DNA from: Bacteroidia bacterium
Lineage (GTDB): Bacteria; Bacteroidota; Bacteroidia; NS11-12g; UBA9320
Assembly (NCBI GenBank): GCA_029268695.1
Contig: JAQWNJ010000022.1
Span: 45,560 to 109,559 of the forward strand
Direction of reading: 5' to 3'
Length of the DNA stretch: 64,000 nt
A model generated the notes under the pieces. The model searched no databases, was not told the DNA's origin, and saw only the letters and a list, made by a program, of their open reading frames with translations. This document shows positions 20,929 to 30,275 of this stretch, one piece after another. Every line of letters begins with the position of its first letter. Positions within the stretch are counted from its first letter, which is position 1. Both the position numbers and the translations under genes were made by a program.

Positions 20929-23010
20929 TCAATACCCCCCAGCCCATTTACGGACAAACCATTCCAAACTCAAAATCAGAAATATGACCCAAAATAGGAA
21001 CTTAAAATGAATAAGTTCTGAATATTTATGTTGATCTAAAATCTGAGTTTTACCAAGTTTACTAACTGTTAAATCACGAACTAACGAATCCATTGACATG
21101 GGCTGATAGAAGCGACCATTTGTTTTGAACGCTATTTTATGAAGAATATCAAAGTTTGCAGTTTGATTCATCAATTCTTTTTGTGATTCAAGAACTACAA
21201 ACGAACCATAATCCATTAATTTTTGACTACCAATAAAGGCACTTGCCTCATAGCTATATACCCCTGACTTTAAATTGCTTAATTCAAGACCATACTTCAC
21301 ATCCTTTTCACTCATGATATATTGATATTCTTTATTCAGATCATCCTTGAGCAAAACGTTAATTTCTTGCCCTTTCACGTACTCCAAAGCGTGATTGTAT
21401 AATTCGCCTTGTAAGGAAATGATCTCTTTTGCTCCATATTCAGTTTTACTTGGCTGAACTCTCAACAACTTTTTGTTTTCTTTAACAGTCAAATATTGCA
21501 AGCCTTTATTTATTATAATCCTAGTCACATCGTGATTTTCATTTTGCTCATAATCTGTAAGTTTCCATTGCCAAATTCCTAAACCAGAAATTATGCCATA
21601 GCGATATCCATTCTCATTATGCATTATCCATAGCGGATCTCCGGTTTCAATATTTCCAATTTTTTGGTAAATAAAGACATCATTCTGTGAAAATCCATTC
21701 CAAACCCCATAAGGAAAAATCAATGGAGGAAACTGATTAATATTTTGAGCTTTTTCTTTGAGATCAAAATAGTTGAATTCGGGATTCAAAACAGGCAATG
21801 TCGAGATCATACTATTACCCATGCTTCTATACTTGATATTTTGACTCCCTGCATTAAAATAGTTTGGCTTGAATTGATCACCGACAACACACAATACGGG
21901 AACTCCTTTTGCTCTTAGATTTTCGAATAGATCCAATTGACTTCGATCAGAAAACCAATTGAATAAAACTACCAAATCAAGCTGGTCATTAACCATAAAT
22001 TTTTTCATTTTAACAGCAACATCATAATTCATATTTGAGCCAATGGTAGATCGCAACATTCCAATGTCAGGGTGTGGCATTTTACTCCAAATCTGAACCT
22101 TTCTATTACCATCAATAACGTCAATATAAAATGTAAACGAATTATTTTGAATGTTTTTCTCTTCATCGAATACAGTCAATTTAATGTCAATTCTATTTGA
22201 CCCAATTTTAGTTGCTTCAGTGGTAAAATAAATTTCTTTAAAAAAATGATTGGTCGACAAGAATACATCCTTTTGTTGCACCTCTCTACCATTCATTTTA
22301 ACTTGAATTGAGGCATTCTTTCCCTTCAATTTATCTGCTTTTAATTCCACTTCATAAGTAAATTCGCTCCCCAAATATGCCATAGAATTACATATCACAT
22401 TCTGAACACCTAAATCTGCATACCTATTTGTATCTCCTATCCCCAATGTGTAGATTGGAACATTATAATTTTCTGCAACGTTTTGTGGATTAATACCCGC
22501 ATTGTTAATACCATCTGTCATCAAGATGACTCCCGCTAAATTCTGATTGAAATATTGTGACTTTATCTCCCGAAGGGCCCCACCAATATTAGATTCCTCG
22601 CCATCAAATTTTAGATTATCACTATTAATGAATTTGAGGGACCTATCAAAAAATAGATAATCAACTTGATATTCATCCTCTATTTTTTCCTTCAGGTCAA
22701 GTAAGCGATTGACAATACGCTGACTGGAATCTTTCATTATTGCCATCGATTCAGAGTCATCAATAAGCATAACCAAAGTAGGTTTTTGTTTAACAAAGTT
22801 AATGTGCTTGACGACTGGCTCAAGCAAGAGAAATGATAACAATACAGTGAGAAAGAAACGACAAAATGCTAGAATATTTCTTACACTTAAATTGAGACTA
22901 CTACCATTTTTTGAATCATAAAAATATAGCATCCAAGCATACAAGATACCCATGCCTACAGAGGCAACAATCAACCACATAGGGTAAGCTATATTTAGAT
23001 CCCATTTCAC
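20929..23010 (-). CDS. Membrane-anchored vWA-domain protein (vWA, Ig/CARDB-like, GATase-like, C-terminal TM)
   Basis: MIDAS LIDDSESM and LMTDG; two N-terminal TMs; C-terminal LSLEWFVRK. GTG 23010 preferred over ORF-track 23094 because TAATTTTA lies 5 nt upstream. Confidence 0.85.
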   Translation of the reverse strand: MKWDLNIAYPMWLIVASVGMGILYAWMLYFYDSKNGSSLNLSVRNILAFCRFFLTVLLSFLLLEPVVKHINFVKQKPTLVMLIDDSESMAIMKDSSQRIVNRLLDLKEKIEDEYQVDYLFFDRSLKFINSDNLKFDGEESNIGGALREIKSQYFNQNLAGVILMTDGINNAGINPQNVAENYNVPIYTLGIGDTNRYADLGVQNVICNSMAYLGSEFTYEVELKADKLKGKNASIQVKMNGREVQQKDVFLSTNHFFKEIYFTTEATKIGSNRIDIKLTVFDEEKNIQNNSFTFYIDVIDGNRKVQIWSKMPHPDIGMLRSTIGSNMNYDVAVKMKKFMVNDQLDLVVLFNWFSDRSQLDLFENLRAKGVPVLCVVGDQFKPNYFNAGSQNIKYRSMGNSMISTLPVLNPEFNYFDLKEKAQNINQFPPLIFPYGVWNGFSQNDVFIYQKIGNIETGDPLWIMHNENGYRYGIISGLGIWQWKLTDYEQNENHDVTRIIINKGLQYLTVKENKKLLRVQPSKTEYGAKEIISLQGELYNHALEYVKGQEINVLLKDDLNKEYQYIMSEKDVKYGLELSNLKSGVYSYEASAFIGSQKLMDYGSFVVLESQKELMNQTANFDILHKIAFKTNGRFYQPMSMDSLVRDLTVSKLGKTQILDQHKYSELIHFKFLFWVIFLILSLEWFVRKWAGGY

Positions 23011-23122
23011 GGCTGTAAAATTAGTTCGCACAAACGATTTATCCATTGAATAGATCATAAATAATATTTGAATTGTAATAAATAAGTGAAACATTTTGGT
23101 AGTAGATGAGTTAATAGATAAT

Positions 23123-23130
23123 TACCTTTG
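23123..23130 (+). promoter_or_regulatory. -7 element TACCTTTG, 4 nt before GTG
   Basis: Exact TAnnTTTG. Confidence 0.6.
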
Positions 23131-23134
23131 CAAC

Positions 23135-24163
23135 GTGATAGAAACAGATATTATCATTATTGGAGCTGGACCTACAGGTTTATTTGCTGTCTTTGAGGCT
23201 GGACTTCTCAAATTGAAATGCCATTTAATAGACTATCTCCCACAACCTGGCGGGCAACTGGCTGAAATTTATCCGAAAAAACCCATCTATGATATCCCTG
23301 GGTTTCCAAGTATTCTTGCTGGTGATTTAGTAGATAATCTGGTCAAACAGTCCAAGCCATTCAATCCGGGATTCACACTTGGGGAAAGGGCAGAAAATAT
23401 TATAAAAACAGATGACAATCAGTTTATTGTAACTACAGATCGTGGCACACAACACAAAGCACCAAATATCATGATTGCAGGTGGTCTTGGGTGTTTTGCT
23501 CCAAGAAAACCCGAATTAATTAATCTGGAAAAATTTGAAGACCATGGAGTGGAATACATTATCAAAGATCCAGAGGTGTATCGTAATAAAAAAATCATTA
23601 TCGCAGGTGGTGGAGATAGTGCTTTAGACTGGACTATTTTTCTGGCAGATGTAGCTAGTGAAGTAACTTTAGTCCATCGAAGAAAACAATTTCGTGGGGC
23701 TTTAGATTCTGTAGAAAAGGTTGATCAACTTGCAAGTCAAGGTAAGATTCAATTAATTAAGGAAGCACAAGTTACTTGCCTTAACGGGGGCGACCAACTG
23801 ACCAGTATTGAAGTTACTCCCAAAAATCAAGAAGCTATCAAAATAAATACAGATTACTTCATTCCATTATTTGGTCTAAGTCCAAAACTTGGACCTATCA
23901 AAGAATGGGGACTTGATTTAGGGAAAGAAGCCATTCTTGTAGACACAAAAGACTACCAGACAAATGTGCCCGGAATCTTTGCAGTTGGGGATATCAATCA
24001 ATATGAAGGTAAACTCAAATTGATTTTATGCGGTTTTCATGAGGTAACTTTAGCTGTACAAAGCTGTTATAAACGAATTTTTCCAGATAAAAAATTAGTC
24101 CTAAAATACACCACAGTTATGGGTGATCCAAGTGCTAAACAACATGAAAATATATCACAATAA
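23135..24163 (+). CDS. Thioredoxin-reductase-like ferredoxin/flavodoxin--NADP+ reductase (YumC type)
   Basis: IGAGPTG, GGQL..IYPKK.IYD.PG, GGGDSA.D, HRR..FR; no redox CxxC; GTG 23135. Confidence 0.9.
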   Translation: MIETDIIIIGAGPTGLFAVFEAGLLKLKCHLIDYLPQPGGQLAEIYPKKPIYDIPGFPSILAGDLVDNLVKQSKPFNPGFTLGERAENIIKTDDNQFIVTTDRGTQHKAPNIMIAGGLGCFAPRKPELINLEKFEDHGVEYIIKDPEVYRNKKIIIAGGGDSALDWTIFLADVASEVTLVHRRKQFRGALDSVEKVDQLASQGKIQLIKEAQVTCLNGGDQLTSIEVTPKNQEAIKINTDYFIPLFGLSPKLGPIKEWGLDLGKEAILVDTKDYQTNVPGIFAVGDINQYEGKLKLILCGFHEVTLAVQSCYKRIFPDKKLVLKYTTVMGDPSAKQHENISQ

Positions 24164-24476
24164 TCGCTGTTCCAAAAGCAGACAATGCTTAGCTTTAATT
24201 GGAAATTCAAACGTCCAAATAGTAGATTATATCAAACAACCGCTATCATTTGATGAGCTAAAAGCACTTGTTTCAAAAATTGGCATACAACCTGCAGAAC
24301 TAATTCGAACAAATGAAACTATTTGGAAAGAAAATTTCAAAGGAAAAAAAATGAGTAACAATGATTACATAACGGCAATGATTGATAACCCAAAACTTAT
24401 GGAAAGACCTATTGTTGAGACAAAAGATAAAGCAATAGTCTGCAGACCCCCAGAGCTCGTAATGGAGCTTATCTAA
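24144..24476 (+). CDS. ArsC/Spx/YffB-family protein
   Basis: MKIYHNNRCSKSR and LMERPIV; ATG 24144. Confidence 0.9.
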   Translation: MKIYHNNRCSKSRQCLALIGNSNVQIVDYIKQPLSFDELKALVSKIGIQPAELIRTNETIWKENFKGKKMSNNDYITAMIDNPKLMERPIVETKDKAIVCRPPELVMELI

Positions 24477-25300
24477 ATCTTACCAGATTTAATATGTATA
24501 TCCCGTTGAGGAAATGGCATCTCTATTTGATGACTATCAAGAGCTTTCTTTACTGCCTCGTTTGCTGCAAAATATGCTTCCATATAATCAACTGACTTGG
24601 CATAAGGCCTAAAAGCAATATTTACCGAACTATCTCCAAAGCCCAAAACACCAATAAATGGTTCTGGCTTATCTAAGATTATGGGTACTGCATTTAATGC
24701 ATCAGATATTACTTTTTTTGCTTTGTCTATGTCTTGATCATAGGCAATTCCAACTGAAAGATCAATTCTTCGATTATTCTCTTTCGTATAGTTCAGTACC
24801 TTATTATTTGCAACTTGACCATTAGGGAGAACAGCTGTGTTATCATCAGGGGTTGAAATCATAGTGTAAAGAATAGTGATCGACTGAACGGTTCCTTTAA
24901 TTCCGTCTATTTCAATAACGTCTCCTACTTTGAATGGCTTAAAAAATAAAATAACAACTCCACCAGCAAAATGGGATAAGCTCCCCTGAAGAGCTAATCC
25001 AATAGCTAATGACCCTGCTCCAAGCATAGCAACAAAACTGGTGGTAGCAATACCTAAAATAGATGCCACACTAATAAGTAGCAACACCCTAAGTGAAAAT
25101 CTTGTGACACTGCACAAGAAAGGTACTAATGTAACTTCTATGGATGTAGCCTTTAATTTTCGCTCTAACCATTTAGTAAATCTACCTATAAACCACCATC
25201 CTCCAACTAATAAAAAAAGCCCGATCGCTAATTTTGGTAAATAGTTGGTAGCCATAGAGGCAAATACTTCAAAACTTTCTTGAATCTGTTCTTTATTCAT
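24473..25300 (-). CDS. mscS: Small-conductance mechanosensitive channel
   Basis: GAGSLAIGLALQGSL..FAGG, KPFKVGD, PNGQV, FPFP-like MPFPQ. Confidence 0.95.
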   Translation of the reverse strand: MNKEQIQESFEVFASMATNYLPKLAIGLFLLVGGWWFIGRFTKWLERKLKATSIEVTLVPFLCSVTRFSLRVLLLISVASILGIATTSFVAMLGAGSLAIGLALQGSLSHFAGGVVILFFKPFKVGDVIEIDGIKGTVQSITILYTMISTPDDNTAVLPNGQVANNKVLNYTKENNRRIDLSVGIAYDQDIDKAKKVISDALNAVPIILDKPEPFIGVLGFGDSSVNIAFRPYAKSVDYMEAYFAANEAVKKALDSHQIEMPFPQRDIHIKSGKI

Positions 25301-25372
25301 TTATGTACATGCAATTTTAACAAAATATGAATAAATATTACTACCTGAAGCCATAGATTAAAATTACACAAT

Positions 25373-25380
25373 TATCTTCG
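25373..25380 (+). promoter_or_regulatory. pheT -7 element variant TATCTTCG
   Basis: TAnnTTCG 15 nt upstream of ATG. Confidence 0.45.
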
Positions 25381-25395
25381 CTGTTTCATATTACC

Positions 25396-27738
25396 ATGAA
25401 GATATCCTACAACTGGCTTAAACAGCTGATAAATATCGATTTACCATTAGAAGAAGTTTGTGATAAACTTACCATGAGTGGACTCGAAGTAGAACATGTC
25501 ATAGAAACAGAATCGATTAAAGGTGGACTCAAAAATCTAATTGTTGGTGAGGTGATGTCTAAAACTAAACATCCAAATGCTGACTCTTTGAATCTAACAA
25601 CTGTAGATATTGGTACAGAGGGTTTACTTTCTATTATGTGTGGTGCAAAGAATGTTGCTGTAGGTCAAAAAGTAGTCGTTGCTCCAATTGGCACAATAAT
25701 TCATACAGACACGGACAACTTCCAAATTAAAAAGGCAAAAATCAGAGGGGAAGTCTCTGAGGGAATGATATGTGCTGAAAACGAAATAGGATTAGGCTCT
25801 AATCATGACGGCATCCTTGTTTTAGATAATCAAATTAAAACAGGTACACCATTAACTAATCTTTATGATGTTGAAACAGATCAACAAATTGAAATAGCTA
25901 TTATCCCAAACAGAGGTGATGCCATATCTCACCTTGGCGTAGCTCGAGAATTACAAGCTCTTACCGGAGTTAAGTATAAGAAACCTACCGTTGATAAAAT
26001 AGATGCTCGTGGATCCATGCGTGTTGATGTGAGTATTGAAGACCCCCAGGCTTGTCCAAGGTATGCTGGTATAACATTATCATCGGTAGAAGTAAAAGAA
26101 TCTCCAGAGTGGTTAAAAAAACGTCTGCTATCGATTGATTTAAAGCCGATAAATAACATTGTGGATGTAACTAATTTTATCCAGCATGAAATTGGACAAC
26201 CACTACATGTATTTGACTATGCCAAAATTCAAGAAAGCAAAATTATACCCCGATTTGCTCAACCCGGTGAAAAAATTATAACCCTAGATGGTGAAGAGCG
26301 TAACCTCGACGAAAATCACTTCGTTATTGCCGACTCATTTCAACCCATCGCACTTGCTGGTGTTCTTGGAGGTGCAGATTCTGGTGTAACAGAATTAACA
26401 AACTCCATCTTTATTGAAAGTGCCTATTTCAATCCTGCTGCTGTTCGTAAAACTGCCAAAAGTTTTGGTTTAAATACCGATGCTAGCTATCGATTTGAAA
26501 GAGGAACTGACCCAGAAATGGTTGAATTTGGTCTTATTAGAGCCGTCAACCTAATTTTGGAATTGGCTGGAGGAGAAATTAACTCCGAAATCGTTGATAT
26601 TTACCCAGAAGTCATTCAACCTCGACAAATCGAAATCAAATTTGATGAGTTCAACCGATTTATTGGTTATGAAATACCAAAAGAAAAAGCCATTGAAATC
26701 CTTAAAGACTTAGAAATCAAAATCCTAGCTAATAATGATATTAATGTTTTACTAGAAGTCCCAAGATATCGCCCTGATATTGAAAGACCTGTTGATATTT
26801 ATGAGGAAATACTCAGAGTTTATGGGTTTGACAACATTCCCATACCAGAAAAAGTAAATTACATTCCATCCAATATTGATAAAAACGCACCCAACAAGCT
26901 AAAGACTAAAATTAGTAACTATCTGGCTAACATTGGCTTCAATGAAATTATGAATAACTCATTGGTTCCATCACGGATGTACAATGAAGATGAACTGAAA
27001 GATGCTGTCAATATGCTCAATCCCTTGAGTATTGATATGGACATCATGAGAATGGAGTTAGCTAATTCTGCACTCGAATCTGTGGCATATAATTTGAATA
27101 GAAAAAATTCAGATTTAAAGTTTTTTGAGTTTGGTAAAACGTACAGAAAAAAAGAAGATAAATACATTGAAAAAGAAATCTTACAGCTAACATTTTCTGG
27201 CAAACGTCACCCTGAACATTGGAGCATTAAAAACTCAGAACTTACTCATAATGAGCTTATTGCTGTTGCTCAAGGCATTGGTGAAAAGCTAAATATATCT
27301 AAGAGCAAAATAAAAAAGATAATAAAGCTCGAGAATATCACTCCAGAGCAGATGAAGTTTCATGGATTAAAACAAGAAGTTATCACACTGAGTATCGATT
27401 GGGATGCGTGTATTCATAAAGCAAACTCAACAATTCAACTCAAAGAAATTCCTAAATATCCAATTGTCCGCAGGGATCTTTCAATAGTACTTTCCAAAAA
27501 GACAAGCTATGATGATGTACTAAAGGTAGCAAAAGTATCCTTGCAACAAAAACTAACAGATACTCTCCTATTTGATGTATACCAAGGGAAACCGCTTAAT
27601 GAAAATCAAAAGTCATTTTCTGTAGCTTTTTTCTTATATGATCCTAAGAAAACAATGGAAGATTCAGAAATCGATCATTTAATGCAAAAACTTATTCTTA
27701 ACTTGGAGAAAAACTTAAATGCTATCATAAGAAAATAA
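25396..27738 (+). CDS. pheT: Phenylalanine--tRNA ligase beta subunit
   Basis: MKISYNWL, HPNAD, CGAKN, PNRGD, RFERG, EEILRVYG, RRDLS anticodon-binding domain. Confidence 0.99.
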   Translation: MKISYNWLKQLINIDLPLEEVCDKLTMSGLEVEHVIETESIKGGLKNLIVGEVMSKTKHPNADSLNLTTVDIGTEGLLSIMCGAKNVAVGQKVVVAPIGTIIHTDTDNFQIKKAKIRGEVSEGMICAENEIGLGSNHDGILVLDNQIKTGTPLTNLYDVETDQQIEIAIIPNRGDAISHLGVARELQALTGVKYKKPTVDKIDARGSMRVDVSIEDPQACPRYAGITLSSVEVKESPEWLKKRLLSIDLKPINNIVDVTNFIQHEIGQPLHVFDYAKIQESKIIPRFAQPGEKIITLDGEERNLDENHFVIADSFQPIALAGVLGGADSGVTELTNSIFIESAYFNPAAVRKTAKSFGLNTDASYRFERGTDPEMVEFGLIRAVNLILELAGGEINSEIVDIYPEVIQPRQIEIKFDEFNRFIGYEIPKEKAIEILKDLEIKILANNDINVLLEVPRYRPDIERPVDIYEEILRVYGFDNIPIPEKVNYIPSNIDKNAPNKLKTKISNYLANIGFNEIMNNSLVPSRMYNEDELKDAVNMLNPLSIDMDIMRMELANSALESVAYNLNRKNSDLKFFEFGKTYRKKEDKYIEKEILQLTFSGKRHPEHWSIKNSELTHNELIAVAQGIGEKLNISKSKIKKIIKLENITPEQMKFHGLKQEVITLSIDWDACIHKANSTIQLKEIPKYPIVRRDLSIVLSKKTSYDDVLKVAKVSLQQKLTDTLLFDVYQGKPLNENQKSFSVAFFLYDPKKTMEDSEIDHLMQKLILNLEKNLNAIIRK

Positions 27739-28022
27739 TGGAATTACTTGCTCGTTTAGAACATATTGAGTTAAAAATTACTCAAATTAAAGAGCAGAAT
27801 AAAAAACTGATAATTGAAAATGAACAACTCAAAAATGAAAAATTAGGACTTCAAATCAAACTAGAAGATGCTGCTCAAAAGTTGAAAAACCTTGAGGAAA
27901 CAAATAAAATTATTAAACTTGCACATAGCATCGATAATTCATTGGATCGTGCTAAGTTTATCAAAAAGATAGACCGAATGATTCACGAAATTGATCAATG
28001 CATAGAATTAATTAACCTATAA
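27738..28022 (+). CDS. Coiled-coil protein, ZapB-like
   Basis: All-helical heptads; pheT-X-zapA-rny synteny. Confidence 0.75.
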   Translation: MELLARLEHIELKITQIKEQNKKLIIENEQLKNEKLGLQIKLEDAAQKLKNLEETNKIIKLAHSIDNSLDRAKFIKKIDRMIHEIDQCIELINL

Positions 28023-28043
28023 ACTAACCCAGAAACAGACTAA

Positions 28044-28325
28044 ATGTCTGAACAAGAGATTTCCATAAAAGTCAATATCTGCGATCGATTTTATCCACTA
28101 CGCATCAAAACCTCTGAAGAAGAAGGTGTTAGAAGTGCTGTGAATAGTATTAATGAACGAGCCAAACACTACAATCAAAACTTTTCGATTCAAGACAAGC
28201 AAGACGCTTTGTCTATGGTTGCACTAGAATTTGCATCGGGTCAAAATAAAACCATAGCAGAATCAAATGACTTTAAAACCCTAAATACTAAACTTAAAAG
28301 ACTAGAGCAATTGCTTGAAATCTAG
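28044..28325 (+). CDS. zapA: Cell division protein ZapA
   Basis: IKVNICDRFYPL...EEE.VR.A...QD.L.M.AL. Confidence 0.9.
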   Translation: MSEQEISIKVNICDRFYPLRIKTSEEEGVRSAVNSINERAKHYNQNFSIQDKQDALSMVALEFASGQNKTIAESNDFKTLNTKLKRLEQLLEI

Positions 28326-28392
28326 AAACAGTTAAACAAGGAAATCTCAACATTCAGTCATTCAGATCTTTTTCTATACCGAAAAAAGAAAA

Positions 28393-29946
28393 ATGATAGA
28401 AGCAATAATTGCAGTCGTAGCATTGGCTTTAGGTGGAGGAATAGCTTGGACAATAGCTTCCAAGAATTCAAGCACAAAAGCAGCCGAAATGAAGTCCAAA
28501 GCAGAAATAATTCTCAAAGAAGCTCACGCCAAGGCAAACTCATACAAAAGAGAACGAGAATTAGAAGCCAAAGAGAAGTTCCTAAAGCTCAAAAATGAAC
28601 ACCAACAATTTACTCGAAATAAGGACCGAGAGATTGAGCAAAAACTTAACGAAATTAAGCGTAAAGAACAGAGCTTGGATTCTAAAATTGATAATAACAA
28701 CCAAAAAGAAAAAGAACTTGATTCAGTCAAAAAGAACCTGAATAATCAACTTGAAATCATAAAAGAAAAACAACAAGAACTAAAAGAACAAATTGGTGCT
28801 CAGATATCTCAACTGGAAAAAATAGCGGGTTTGAGCAAAGAAGAAGCCAAATCACAAATGATAGAAGCTGTGGCAAAAGATGCTCATACAGAGGCTCTTG
28901 CACAACAAAAACTCATTATTGAAGAAGCCAAACTCACAGCAAATAAAGATGCCAAACGAATGATTCTTCAGACCATACAACGAACAGCTGCTGAACAAGC
29001 CATCGAGAATTCTGTAACTGTATTTAACATTGACAATGACGATGTAAAAGGACGTATCATTGGTCGAGAAGGTAGAAATATTCGTGCACTAGAGGCTGCA
29101 ACTGGAATAGAAATTATAGTAGACGATACACCAGAAGCAATCATATTATCAGGATTTGATCCTGTTCGAAGAGAAATTGCAAGACTATCACTGCATCGCT
29201 TAGTTGCTGATGGTAGAATTCATCCTGCACGCATTGAGGAAGTGGTAGCAAAAACTAAAAAGGATGTAGATCAAGAAATTGTTGAATATGGTGAACAGGC
29301 TGTCATAGACTTAGGTGTTAATGGATTGCATCCTGAACTGATTCGAATGGTTGGAAGAATGCGATTTAGATCATCCTATGGGCAAAATCTTCTCAAACAT
29401 AGTAGAGAGGTCGCTAACCTGTGTGCTACTATGGCTGCAGAGTTTGGTCTAGATGCGAAACGTGCAAAACGTGCCGGATTGCTTCATGACATTGGTAAGG
29501 TGCCTGATACAGACAGTGAAATGCCACACGCTCTTCTTGGAATGAAGCTATGTGAAAAATTTGGCGAACATCCTGAAGTTTGTAACGCTGTAGGTGCTCA
29601 CCACGATGAAATTGAAATGACAAACCTCTTCTCACCCATTGTTCAGGCATGTGATGCCATAAGTGGCTCCCGACCAGGTGCAAGAAGAGAGGATAGTGAA
29701 AGCTACATTAAACGATTACAAGATCTTGAGAAACTTGCTATTGGCTTTAACGGTGTAGAAAATGCATTTGCTATCCAAGCGGGTAGAGAACTTCGAGTGA
29801 TTGTGGATAGCGATAGCCTGGATGATAAAAGTGCCGATTTGTTATCATTTGATATCTCCCAAAAAATCATGAAAGAGATGATTTATCCCGGTCAAATAAA
29901 AGTTACAGTTATTCGGGAACGAAGAGCTGTGGCTTTTGCTAAGTAA
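28393..29946 (+). CDS. rny: Ribonuclease Y
   Basis: N-terminal TM, coiled coil, KH ([13 protein letters not shown]), HD (LLHDIGK), AIQAGRELR. Confidence 0.99.
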   Translation: MIEAIIAVVALALGGGIAWTIASKNSSTKAAEMKSKAEIILKEAHAKANSYKRERELEAKEKFLKLKNEHQQFTRNKDREIEQKLNEIKRKEQSLDSKIDNNNQKEKELDSVKKNLNNQLEIIKEKQQELKEQIGAQISQLEKIAGLSKEEAKSQMIEAVAKDAHTEALAQQKLIIEEAKLTANKDAKRMILQTIQRTAAEQAIENSVTVFNIDNDDVKGRIIGREGRNIRALEAATGIEIIVDDTPEAIILSGFDPVRREIARLSLHRLVADGRIHPARIEEVVAKTKKDVDQEIVEYGEQAVIDLGVNGLHPELIRMVGRMRFRSSYGQNLLKHSREVANLCATMAAEFGLDAKRAKRAGLLHDIGKVPDTDSEMPHALLGMKLCEKFGEHPEVCNAVGAHHDEIEMTNLFSPIVQACDAISGSRPGARREDSESYIKRLQDLEKLAIGFNGVENAFAIQAGRELRVIVDSDSLDDKSADLLSFDISQKIMKEMIYPGQIKVTVIRERRAVAFAK

Positions 29947-29967
29947 TTATTCTAAATCAATATTTTA

Positions 29968-29995
29968 TTCAAATATGACCAACATCATATTTGAA
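29968..29995. repeat. Perfect 11-bp inverted repeat 21 nt after the rny stop
   Basis: TTCAAATATGA-CCAACA-TCATATTTGAA. Confidence 0.8.
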
Positions 29996-30109
29996 GTGCT
30001 AATTATTAAAAACAACAATACACAAAACAATTCTTCGATTGTGATTGTTTAAATATTGGATCAATTAACTTGTGTTAACGAGTTAAATTTATCTTATCAT
30101 AATAGTACA

Positions 30110-30213
30110 ATGATTACTCGGATGATTACCATCAAGTAGTCAACAAAAATCAGTTTAGTTTTTTGGTTTAAGCTAACGAGTGGACCGCACCCTAATGGTG
30201 CGGTTCTTTTTTT
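30110..30213 (+). ncRNA. Candidate small RNA (three hairpins ending in a terminator)
   Basis: Hairpin 30111-30142, weak AU hairpin ~30142-30169, terminator 30183-30213; no family recognised. Confidence 0.3.
30183..30213 (+). terminator. Intrinsic terminator
   Basis: GACCGCACC-CTAAT-GGTGCGGTT then CTTTTTTT. Confidence 0.85.
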
Positions 30214-30242
30214 GTATAATACTATACTCGATACTTATAACT

Positions 30243-30250
30243 TATTTTTG
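30243..30250 (+). promoter_or_regulatory. hutI -7 element TATTTTTG
   Basis: Exact TAnnTTTG 25 nt before ATG 30276. Confidence 0.55.
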
Positions 30251-30275
30251 CTATCCAAAACACAGCCAAAAGCAA

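Noticed and set aside
25396-27738. PheT shorter than typical (780 aa)
   Set aside because: All domains are recognisable and the frame is open; within normal variation
28326-28392. 6S RNA between zapA and rny
   Set aside because: The spacer is only 67 bp and shows no rod-like structure
30110-30275. Histidine attenuator controlling hutI
   Set aside because: The leader ORF has no His codons, no antiterminator is evident, and hutI has its own -7 element downstream of the terminator
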